IMG/VR virus record: IMGVR_UViG_3300021255_000050
Span: 51,380 to 115,379 of that record
Source of the DNA: a virus
Lineage: Duplodnaviria; Caudoviricetes
Reading direction: 5' to 3' (one strand)
DNA length: 64,000 bases
Position numbers and translations under genes: made by a program. This document shows positions 39,051 through 47,314 of the stretch, piece by piece (positions within the stretch are counted from its first letter, which is position 1; every line of letters begins with the position of its first letter). Below the pieces are notes generated by a model. The model searched no databases. It was not told the origin of the DNA and saw only the letters and a list, made by a program, of their open reading frames with translations.

Positions 39051-40391
39051 TTAGGACGACTTCTTCTTGGGATTGTCGATGATGCCAACCTGCCATGCAA
39101 TAGCATCGTCATCGCCACGGTCCATCGTGGAGAGAGTCAGCGGGAAGGTAGCAGCAGACTTATCATATGTATTCACCGCAGTTCGCTGGGCTGCAGTCGC
39201 GCCTTAAGCACTGCTCTATGTCGCCATAGAGATTAGACCATATCTTCATCTCAAGTTGAGAGGCTACCGTTTCGACCACCAATCGCTTGTGGCCTACTCC
39301 CATATGGGATGGTCGTTAGAGTCTATGCGTATAACGCACTTGCTACGGGATTGTCTCGTAGAGAGTTTCCCCGTTTAGGTAGCTTTTGCATGCAGCTCAC
39401 GCTGCAAGGAACCTATTGTTTGCTAAGCTCGTGTCAACAGTGTGTGTTCAGCATGGTTCGCAACACCATGCCCGCTTTTCAGCTGCTGCATATCACTATG
39501 CAGATCGGACTATATCTTCATCCATTTTCATGGAGCTTCCCATTTCGAACGCCATATGCTTGCGTCCTACGCCGTAAGGCTAGTCTCTAGGCTTTTTGCA
39601 TACTCTTTTCAGGTATGCATTTAGCACGGTAGGTTGTCTTACGCTGCCGTAAGAGTTTCCCCGTTTAAGGAAGTGTCAGTATGCATTGCTGCATAAAGGA
39701 CCTTGACAAATGTAAAGCCAGGAAGAGTGGTCACGCGGGTCTTGAAGATACGAACCACAGCATACTTGATGATGCCGCTTTCTTCGCACTTCTTACCGTC
39801 GTTGTAGATAGGCCACTTAAGGATAACTTCGCCGCAAGCCACGTCCCTGTTGTTGATGTTAACAACATTGGCAGTGGAATCTGCAGTCTCGTAGAAGATC
39901 TCCATCTCGTCGGTTTCATCATCAGAGAACAGGACCGTCTTTGCTTCGGTATCAACATAGTAATAACCGGACGCAACAGGAGTGCCAGAAGCCTGTTCCT
40001 TCAGACCATTGATATACACGGTGCCAGCGGCCGGCTTATAGGTCAGGGTAACCTTGTGGGTAGTGGCATCGGGAGTAAGAGACTCGCTGACAGGAACCAG
40101 GAAATTGGGATCGTTCACGAAATCAGCAGCATTCGCGGCAGCAAAGATTTCGGGCATGAAATCGCCCAGAGTGATCTGGATGTCCATGGTGGACTGGCCA
40201 GGGATGTTAGCAGAAGCATAAGCGGACCACCCAGAGCGAACCTCAATGAAGTCCACCTGAGGATTCAGGGAGCACTGCGTAACATGCTTGCTTGTAAAGA
40301 CTTTCTTGTCGCCACCGCGCCTAAAGTAGAACTGCGGAACGTCGACAATGTAGCCGCCAAACTGTGGTACATATTTGGTTGCCATAAGCAT
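39051..40391 (-). CDS. major tail (tube) protein, spliced: 40391-39716, 39437-39426, 39163-39051 (266 aa; 280 aa with exon 3b)
   Basis: Joined reading ...RVTTLPG-F-DTS-Y-KSAATFPLTLSTMD; position between tail terminator and TAC. Confidence 0.85.
39164..39425 (-). ncRNA. group I intron 2 of MTP (262 nt, no ORF)
   Basis: P1 GAGCU/GGUUC; P3 GCTACC/GGTAGC; P4 AAACGGGGAA with AATCCCGT; P7 GACCA/TGGTC in GAAGATATGGTCT; terminal G at 39164. Confidence 0.9.
39438..39715 (-). ncRNA. group I intron 1 of MTP (278 nt, no ORF)
   Basis: P1 GGCU/GGUC; perfect P10 UGUCAA/UUGACA; P3 CTTCC/GGAAG; P7 GACTA/TAGTC in GAAGATATAGTCC; terminal G at 39438. Confidence 0.92.
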
Positions 40392-40445
40392 TCACGTTCT
40401 TTCAATTGTATTTATGATAGCTCGTCCCTCACACGAGTTACATAC

Positions 40446-40940
40446 TTAATAAACTCTCGTGAAAGTCATCGTGAGGCAGTGGCGTTCGTACCCTATGGTC
40501 CGTGTGCCAAGCACCGTTTCATGCGGATCACGAAACTTAAACACACCGATGTACCCGTAGTTCTCATCGCGCGGCTTAATGTAAAGCAGCTCAAGGAACC
40601 TGCGAGCAATACGCTGTGTTCGTGCGACAAGGCGGTCCTTGCCAACAGTGTGCATCTTCTCAGTCGGACAATAGATGTCGAGGCTGAGTGTCATGTTATG
40701 AGCATTTGGGATGTCTGTGCTGTCAGCTGGATAAAAACCATAGACGACGCGAATGTCCTCGTTGGTGAGAAGCTCGGACGTGGTCTTGCCAGCCTGCACA
40801 AAGTAGCGGTTCACAAATTCAAGGATGCTGGTTTTCGGGGCAACCCCCATCAGCTCCTTCAGCTCTGTATCGGGAAAGATGACGTCACGAATAATGTCGA
40901 GCCAGTCATCGTCCCAGGCGGTGTACAGCATTCTCACCAC
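40446..40940 (-). CDS. tail terminator/completion protein
   Basis: Immediately upstream of MTP; size and D.ELKELM / DIYCP pattern. Confidence 0.6.
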   Translation of the reverse strand: MVRMLYTAWDDDWLDIIRDVIFPDTELKELMGVAPKTSILEFVNRYFVQAGKTTSELLTNEDIRVVYGFYPADSTDIPNAHNMTLSLDIYCPTEKMHTVGKDRLVARTQRIARRFLELLYIKPRDENYGYIGVFKFRDPHETVLGTRTIGYERHCLTMTFTRVY

Positions 40941-40979
40941 CTCGCTTTCATTTGAGTAGTAATTTCGTAACTTAAACGG

Positions 40980-41213
40980 TTAAGCATTCATACCGATGCG
41001 GCGCATCGCATTCTGCCAATCGTATTCTTGGAACTCTTTCTTGCGGTCTTCGTCAGCCCCTTCGAGGTTCAGCTGAACTTCATCCTTGGTCACGCTTTTA
41101 ATCGAGACCTTGATCGGTTCGCCCTCGATACCGGATTCATAGGTTGCTGCAGCAGCAAGAGCTGTGAATCTTTTTTGGAGCATGTCAACGACAAACTCAT
41201 CTACGTTAATCAT
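40980..41213 (-). CDS. hypothetical neck-region protein
   Basis: Coupled ORF with GGAGGG SD. Confidence 0.6.
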   Translation of the reverse strand: MINVDEFVVDMLQKRFTALAAAATYESGIEGEPIKVSIKSVTKDEVQLNLEGADEDRKKEFQEYDWQNAMRRIGMNA

Positions 41214-41937
41214 AACTGAACCCTCCAGCCGTATGCCGACACCGCAGCGTCAGGCAACCGCGCTCATCATCCAGCGCGAGACCAACGCGGGAAACATCAA
41301 CGATCTCGTACGTATCATCGCCCCACTGGAATGTATCGTCCACGCGGATAAGCTTCGTCTGGTCGTTGTACTGCACACTAAGGATCGTGTAAGCATTCGC
41401 GGTAATACCGGGAGTGCCGCTGGCTGCAGAAAACTCAGGGCGGCCATCATAGCGGTATGCGTTACAAGGAATCGCATCCACGATCTTGGTCCAGCCCTTC
41501 TCCTCGATAACGTAGCCCCGCTCGTCCACAACATCGTCCATGTATCGGCTGATGCTGAGATAGAAGTTGCAGCGCAAAGCACGGCTTGGAGCATTGTTGG
41601 ATTCGAGGTGAACTTCCCAGTCGAGAAGGTAAGGCTGCTGGTTATTGCTGGCGATAATCATGTCGCCCTTATGGATACCAGAAGACAGGCTCGCGCGGAA
41701 GTTCATATTGGAGTCCGTGTTTTCATAACGAGACTTTGTCGCATCAGGGTAGAGTTCGCCCCTGATGATCGTAGGTTCGTAACCATCTTCGAACTGAGCG
41801 TACCAGTCGTGCAGCAGAGTGAAGTCCATGACTTGATTAGGAAGCTGACCATCCAAAAAATTGTCGAAGTCGGATTCCAAAGTCGGAGGCCGGTAAAATC
41901 TAAACTGTGAAGGCCTTTTAACATAAGGTCGGCTCAT
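41206..41937 (-). CDS. head closure/head-tail joining protein
   Basis: Synteny; beta-rich with IHKGD.I and T..I.VDD.F motifs. Confidence 0.6.
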   Translation of the reverse strand: MSRPYVKRPSQFRFYRPPTLESDFDNFLDGQLPNQVMDFTLLHDWYAQFEDGYEPTIIRGELYPDATKSRYENTDSNMNFRASLSSGIHKGDMIIASNNQQPYLLDWEVHLESNNAPSRALRCNFYLSISRYMDDVVDERGYVIEEKGWTKIVDAIPCNAYRYDGRPEFSAASGTPGITANAYTILSVQYNDQTKLIRVDDTFQWGDDTYEIVDVSRVGLALDDERGCLTLRCRHTAGGFSYD

Positions 41938-41956
41938 GGCGCATCACTCCTTTCTG

Positions 41957-42502
41957 TTAATAAGATACGCCCTTCATGTACCGGATCATTCGGTAAAGCA
42001 GCTCGCGCCTGTAGTTCTCCAGCTTGTCGATGGAGTCAGCAAGGTGAGCATAGGGTTTGTCTGCGCCTGTAACGCTCAGCGCATTCGTGGTGTAAGACGT
42101 GATCACGTTGACGTCTTTCTGGATAATCTCGAGGAACGCTTTCTCTGCACACAGCAGCACGTACTCCTCCTCATCGATCTTCAAGTCCGCTGAAAAGAAC
42201 AGCGCAGCCGCTGCAGGATCGGTGTCGCTAGTAGGCTCGCCGTCCGCAGCAGGATCTTGATCATCAGTAGGCTGTGTAGAAGGTTCGTCGCTAGACGGTG
42301 CGAGGTCCCCTTCTTCGGAAGAATCGATGAACATTTCTTTGCTGAAGATAAGAGCGCGGCCTGTATCGACATAAAGCCGCCTTATAGCGCGGACGATCAA
42401 GTCCATGTACTCTTCGAACGTGAACTCTTTCTCGGTCCGCTGCATGTAAACACGGCTCTCCAGTTCTTCAGCAAGAGCATTCACTGAAGTCATAAGCCGC
42501 AC
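41957..42502 (-). CDS. head-tail adaptor protein
   Basis: Synteny; helical with an acidic low-complexity insertion. Confidence 0.55.
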   Translation of the reverse strand: MRLMTSVNALAEELESRVYMQRTEKEFTFEEYMDLIVRAIRRLYVDTGRALIFSKEMFIDSSEEGDLAPSSDEPSTQPTDDQDPAADGEPTSDTDPAAAALFFSADLKIDEEEYVLLCAEKAFLEIIQKDVNVITSYTTNALSVTGADKPYAHLADSIDKLENYRRELLYRMIRYMKGVSY

Positions 42503-42507
42503 CTCTC

Positions 42508-42957
42508 TTACTCAGGGTCGGAAGCCCAGTCCTTGTTCGGGATTTTTGCCTGCAGGATTTCCAGCTTGCTCTTGGTGAGCGTATCCATATTCTTGGCAAC
42601 AAGATAAATGGAGTGCAGCTCGGCGGGATCGGTTACGGTCTCGAGCCACTTCTCAAGCTTGGTGTTACTCATCCGCAGATAGCCGGCGATCTCTTCATCA
42701 TCAAGATGGACGTTAGCCTTCACGGGCTTCACGATGTGCAGCTTGTCCAGCGGGACATCATTGCCATCGTCATCAACAGGGACGAGCATGCGCTGTGCAA
42801 AGAACTTGTTGACCTTGCACTTGTTTTCGACAAACATGATCTCGTCATCTGTCATAAGCTGGAAGTTGCCGGCTTCAACATTGCGCTCCAGCCCATTGGG
42901 CAGCACGCACCCGATGTCGTAGTTACACCGGTTGTAAACTCGAAATGTATTCGCCAT
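42508..42957 (-). CDS. hypothetical head-region protein
   Basis: AAGGAG SD before ATG 42957; follows MCP and a hairpin. Confidence 0.7.
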   Translation of the reverse strand: MANTFRVYNRCNYDIGCVLPNGLERNVEAGNFQLMTDDEIMFVENKCKVNKFFAQRMLVPVDDDGNDVPLDKLHIVKPVKANVHLDDEEIAGYLRMSNTKLEKWLETVTDPAELHSIYLVAKNMDTLTKSKLEILQAKIPNKDWASDPE

Positions 42958-43016
42958 ACTTTTCTTCTCCTTAAATATGTACGCCCCCACCGAAGCAGGG
43001 GCGTACACGAAGATGG

Positions 43017-44030
43017 TTAGCCGATGAGATAGCCGCCCAGATTGGGGAGCCGATCCATCGTGATGAAAGAAGCACCAAACCACAGACGCAGCGTAACTTC
43101 GAGAGCTTCGTCGTCTGCATCCTGACGCTCGTAGGACCGCACGTTACCTTCGGTGATGATCTTCAGGTTGCGTGCATCGCCGGTGTAGCCGCCGGGAACG
43201 ATATACAGCCAGTCCTTGGACAGAATGTTCCTGGTCGTTCCGGGATAGTAAGCATTCTGCATGCAGACCAGCTCAGCGCCATTGTAGGTGCCAAGGTGAC
43301 CATTCGCATTGGCCTGGTCGATCATGCCGTCAGAGTAGGACTTGACGGTGGGGTCGAGGATAGCGCCGGCCAGCCCGCTCACCTTGCGCAGAGCGCTGTG
43401 GGTACCAAGGATACCAACGGGGCCAAAGTCGGCGAAGTAGTCGATCATGCTGTCCAGAGTAGCAGCAACAACACCGGTGCCGGTGCCATAGAAAGGAGTA
43501 GCATAAGAACCACTGGACAGAGCAGCCTGCAGCACACTCTGCACCTTTTCGATCTCGATGCGAACGATCGCGTCATTAGCTTCTTTGATGAGGTCAGACA
43601 TCTGGAAGCGGCCACGCAGAAGGTCGCCGATCTGGATAGTGGGGCGAGCAGCAATTTCCTCGGTATCGACGGAAACCTGCTTCTCTGTCACGTAGCTACG
43701 GGAGGGCGTGCTGCCCTTGGCCTGAATCTGGGCCATGATGCCGCGAGTCTTGATATTGAAGGCAGCCTTCTGACCATAGGCGACATGCTTCTGGTCGGCG
43801 AGCTGGCCGAAGAAATCAAGAGCATTCTGCTGCAGTTCATTCACGCCATAACCAATGGTCTGAGCAAAGGTGTGGCGGTTAGCAGGGCTGAAGTCACTGA
43901 TAAGATCATGAACGATCTGGTTGGCTTCAGCAGTGGTGTTGGAGTCAAGACGTTCCCCGCGAGCCTGCGCTGCGAGGACTTTCACGAAATCGCAATCGCT
44001 GCGAACATTAATGTCAGCCATTTCATTCAC
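43017..44030 (-). CDS. major capsid protein
   Basis: 337 aa, highly biased codons, after decoration and scaffold genes, followed by a hairpin at ~42979-43007. Confidence 0.8.
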   Translation of the reverse strand: MNEMADINVRSDCDFVKVLAAQARGERLDSNTTAEANQIVHDLISDFSPANRHTFAQTIGYGVNELQQNALDFFGQLADQKHVAYGQKAAFNIKTRGIMAQIQAKGSTPSRSYVTEKQVSVDTEEIAARPTIQIGDLLRGRFQMSDLIKEANDAIVRIEIEKVQSVLQAALSSGSYATPFYGTGTGVVAATLDSMIDYFADFGPVGILGTHSALRKVSGLAGAILDPTVKSYSDGMIDQANANGHLGTYNGAELVCMQNAYYPGTTRNILSKDWLYIVPGGYTGDARNLKIITEGNVRSYERQDADDEALEVTLRLWFGASFITMDRLPNLGGYLIG

Positions 44031-44034
44031 CTCA

Positions 44035-44478
44035 TTACGCAGTAAACTTTCCGGTAGCGGCAGACTTCAGGGTATCGCCGACTTCATAAGTAGACGGCAG
44101 GGCTGCGAGCTGGTCGGTGGTGACTTCTTCGCCAGCTTCCAGCTTGTGGATGCGCACACGCTTGCCGTCGGCGACGACATAGGTAGCACCATCCCATTCC
44201 TCATTGCTCTCGTTGATGAGAATGAGGTTCTCAACGAGGTACAGCTCGTCGGGGTCTACAACATGCAGGGCCAGACCCGGAGTCCCTTCAAACACATCAC
44301 GCTTTTCGACCACAACAAAAGCTCCCTTGTTAGCAGCAGGGAGCTTTACTTCAACAGTATGGTTCGTGGTGTCCGGGGTGAGAACCACGAGCATGCCGTT
44401 GGCGAGGTCGGCGCCGGTCTTATTCATGAAGCGACCTTCATAAACGCGATGAGTCAATCTAGACATAAAACCAGCCAT
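44035..44478 (-). CDS. capsid decoration/cement protein
   Basis: 147 aa between scaffold and MCP; L.NG..V and Y.V..G..VR motifs. Confidence 0.65.
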   Translation of the reverse strand: MAGFMSRLTHRVYEGRFMNKTGADLANGMLVVLTPDTTNHTVEVKLPAANKGAFVVVEKRDVFEGTPGLALHVVDPDELYLVENLILINESNEEWDGATYVVADGKRVRIHKLEAGEEVTTDQLAALPSTYEVGDTLKSAATGKFTA

Positions 44479-44503
44479 AGATATTCACTCCATTTTCTTC
44501 AAG

Positions 44504-45649
44504 TTACAGCAGCGAGTAAGTCTTCACGCGGTCCTTTTCTTTAAGCAGGGAGTACTCCTTGCCACCGACTTCGACCTCAGCGAGCATCTTGTTCTCAGCT
44601 TCGCCGATAGTGCTGCTTTCGATTTGTGCGACAGCCTGGTCAACGACCTTATCTTCTTCTTTTACAATCTTGATGAGTTCTGCGAGAGCATTCATCATGC
44701 CGTCGAGCTTACTGGAAAGTTCGGCGTACAGTTTGATATCGGCATTGACAGGCTCGGGATCAGCATCGCGGGACTCTTCGCTCGCTTGCTGTTTTTCGTC
44801 ATTACAAGCTCCTGCCTTTTCATCGGCGAGCTTGTCTTCGTTTTCTTCTTCGTCGTCTTCGTCTTCATCGTCTTCGCATTCGGCAGCTTCAGTAGAGGCA
44901 GTAACCTCGGGTTCGGCTGCAGTTTCGGCGGTAGCTTTGGCTGCAGAGGCGGTGGCCTCAGTTTCTGCAGAAGCGGTAGTTTCTGCGGTAGCTTCAGCTG
45001 CAGAAGCGGTAGCTTCCTCGGCTTTAGTTTCGGCTTCGGCGACGACGGCTTTGTTCTCCTTCTCCATAGTAGGATCACCATCTTTCGGAATCATGATTTC
45101 TGCTACGAGTTGCTCGGCAACGGCTTCAGGGCATGCCGGAAAAGATACGACGCACATCCCCTCCAGACAGTTATCCGCTGACGCATCGATAACCATTACT
45201 CCGTTTTCGTTGGGAGAAATCGGGGCTGTGGAAATCTCAAAGCTGAACTTCAGCATATCCTCTGTGAAGAGTTCGCTTAGCGCTTTGCATACAGCTTTGT
45301 TACGTTTCCAAACTCTGGCGTAGCCAATGAGAGCTTTCTTGCCGGACTTCAATTCGGCTTTCTCGAATGCCTGAAAGCAACCAATGGAAGTCGTCTTGAA
45401 TTCATCGGCACGTCGATCGTACAGGTGGCCAAGATGACTGTAGTTACCACTGATCAGGTTCGAGACATCTGCGACAAGGGGAAGTCCAACATACTCATCC
45501 TGATGCGCGATGATGTCGTCTATGAAGGCTTCTGTACATGCGACGCTGTTTAGGTTCGGTTCATCTGCGACAAACATCGGAGTCGTGATTTGTAGAAACA
45601 AGGGGGAACTTTGCAACTCGGAGGCAGATGCAATGAATGTTTGCTTCAT
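44504..45649 (-). CDS. prohead protease with C-terminal scaffold region
   Basis: NLN, PLVAD, GH, FSFEI, G.CVV..PA protease-like N-half; Ala/Glu-rich low-complexity C-half with a possible internal ATG at 45067. Confidence 0.75.
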   Translation of the reverse strand: MKQTFIASASELQSSPLFLQITTPMFVADEPNLNSVACTEAFIDDIIAHQDEYVGLPLVADVSNLISGNYSHLGHLYDRRADEFKTTSIGCFQAFEKAELKSGKKALIGYARVWKRNKAVCKALSELFTEDMLKFSFEISTAPISPNENGVMVIDASADNCLEGMCVVSFPACPEAVAEQLVAEIMIPKDGDPTMEKENKAVVAEAETKAEEATASAAEATAETTASAETEATASAAKATAETAAEPEVTASTEAAECEDDEDEDDEEENEDKLADEKAGACNDEKQQASEESRDADPEPVNADIKLYAELSSKLDGMMNALAELIKIVKEEDKVVDQAVAQIESSTIGEAENKMLAEVEVGGKEYSLLKEKDRVKTYSLL

Positions 45650-45738
45650 TACGCATCCCTCTTTTATGCTGCTGCTCAATCCAAAGGTGAGGGCAATGTT
45701 TCGAACACCAGCGAAATATATAGCTTAAACGTTTAACG

Positions 45739-47301
45739 TCAGCTATCTCCATCAGTCGACGGTTTCGGTTGCGCACCACGATCGGAGCTTTCGGGATCAG
45801 AGTGGCGCTCCTCGTCAGTCATTTCGGGGCGACCGCCATCGCTGCCGGAGGAACCGGAATCGTCATTGGTTTGCTGAACATTCGTTACGCGGGGCGCAAG
45901 AATGTCATCAATACCGCGGGCTGCTTCTCGCTTCCGCTGCTCGACTTCATGGTCGAGGTTGTACCCTTCGGTATGCATAAGGGTCTCGGTTGAAAGCAAC
46001 CCTTCAGCCCAAAGCTTCTCGCACTTTTCACGCAGCGCTTTGCGGCCCGACATTTCGAGCGGCAGGAAGGTGAAGTGCGGAACTTCTTTCACGTTGTATA
46101 TGTGGGACTTTGCAAGCTCCTCTTTGATGCAGACGTTCAGCTTATCCATCAGCTCGCAAAGCAACAGGCGCATAGCCTCAATGCGAGCTTCGGCAGTCTG
46201 CATGCTAACCTGTGCTGAAGCAAAGGTAGCGCCGTCAGAGGAAACACCGGTGACCAAAACACCGGAGATGCCGCCGGCTGCGAGGATATCGTTATTCACG
46301 TTCTTGTACTTGTCCCACTGGAAGAGGTCGTCCATCTCAGGCTGCACAACATAAGCTTTCGCGAGGTGCGATGTTGTGACGAGAGGGAAACCATTCATAG
46401 CTTTTCGGAAAAGACCATGGATCGTATTCAGCGCGGTTTCATCCGGGATGATGTCGCGCTCTTTGGTCGTACCGCCGTACTGTGTATGCACGAAGGAATG
46501 GACGCCAAGGTTAAGGATAGCGGTCTCCCACTTGCGGATAATGTCCTTCTGCTCAAGAGCAAGGAGGGCTGCAGAGATGAATGGGACCGCGTACCGGGAC
46601 CACCCATCCTTTGCGCCCTGCAGCACGAACGTGTACTTCGGGTTCAGCTGGACCCACGGCTTGCAGTCATTCAGAGCATCAACGACTTCGGGCGGGAAAG
46701 CATTCATGAACACTTCGGGATCATGGTCTTTAACCCACCCTTTGTAGACATCGAAACCTCGGCTGACGTAATCATCGATGACAGCCTGGCAATCGAATTC
46801 AACAAGAGGGCGACCATTCAGCTGGAGGTTGCCAATGCGGCACCGGCTTATCGGCAGCGTGATCGGCGCACCATTCAGGAAGTAAACGAAAACATTGTTG
46901 TAAGTTACAAGCTCGCAAGCAATGTTCTTCAGCCGCTCATCGAGGCGAATCTTTTTATAGTACGCTTCGTAGATGGCGTTGGTTTTCTGGTGACCATAAA
47001 GCTGCCAAGGGGAGCTGAGAATGTAGGGAAGGTACACATGGTAGATAATGCCGTGCACGATAGGGTCCGCGTCCCTGTAGAAGTTAGCAAGCTCGAAAAG
47101 CTGCTGAATGAAAAGCTGCTTGTTCAGCAGGATGCGGCGAATATCGTACTGCCAAATGGGACCGCGCCGGATGCGAGCAATTTCCGAATCATAAGCTTGC
47201 ATGTCTACGTTGGCCCCGGGAGCTATGGCTTGCGGCGCTTCGGGAGTTACGATCGTCTGCGCTTCACCTAAGAGGCGGGATATCAAGCCCATAGTCATCA
47301 C
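45739..47301 (-). CDS. portal protein
   Basis: 520 aa directly after terminase; GGRP acidic tail. Confidence 0.8.
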   Translation of the reverse strand: MMTMGLISRLLGEAQTIVTPEAPQAIAPGANVDMQAYDSEIARIRRGPIWQYDIRRILLNKQLFIQQLFELANFYRDADPIVHGIIYHVYLPYILSSPWQLYGHQKTNAIYEAYYKKIRLDERLKNIACELVTYNNVFVYFLNGAPITLPISRCRIGNLQLNGRPLVEFDCQAVIDDYVSRGFDVYKGWVKDHDPEVFMNAFPPEVVDALNDCKPWVQLNPKYTFVLQGAKDGWSRYAVPFISAALLALEQKDIIRKWETAILNLGVHSFVHTQYGGTTKERDIIPDETALNTIHGLFRKAMNGFPLVTTSHLAKAYVVQPEMDDLFQWDKYKNVNNDILAAGGISGVLVTGVSSDGATFASAQVSMQTAEARIEAMRLLLCELMDKLNVCIKEELAKSHIYNVKEVPHFTFLPLEMSGRKALREKCEKLWAEGLLSTETLMHTEGYNLDHEVEQRKREAARGIDDILAPRVTNVQQTNDDSGSSGSDGGRPEMTDEERHSDPESSDRGAQPKPSTDGDS

Positions 47302-47314
47302 TCTTCTTTCTTTA

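Noticed and set aside
38856-39163. Exon 3a/3b pair as a DGR TR/VR pair or an assembly duplication
   Set aside because: Differences are mostly third-position synonymous and not adenine-specific, and the copies are too diverged for an assembly artefact.
39639-39715. ORF-track C-terminus of MTP (TFVKVLYAAMHTDTSLNGETLTAA)
   Set aside because: It is read-through into intron 1, covering the guide sequence, P3 and P4; the spliced frame gives a coherent C-terminus.
44820-45050. Ala/Glu/Thr and acidic repeats in the protease gene
   Set aside because: Ordinary low-complexity scaffold region.
40965-45740. CTTAAACG motif at ~40971 and ~45724 (also ~8045) as a late promoter
   Set aside because: Too short and too few copies to distinguish from chance without a genome-wide test.
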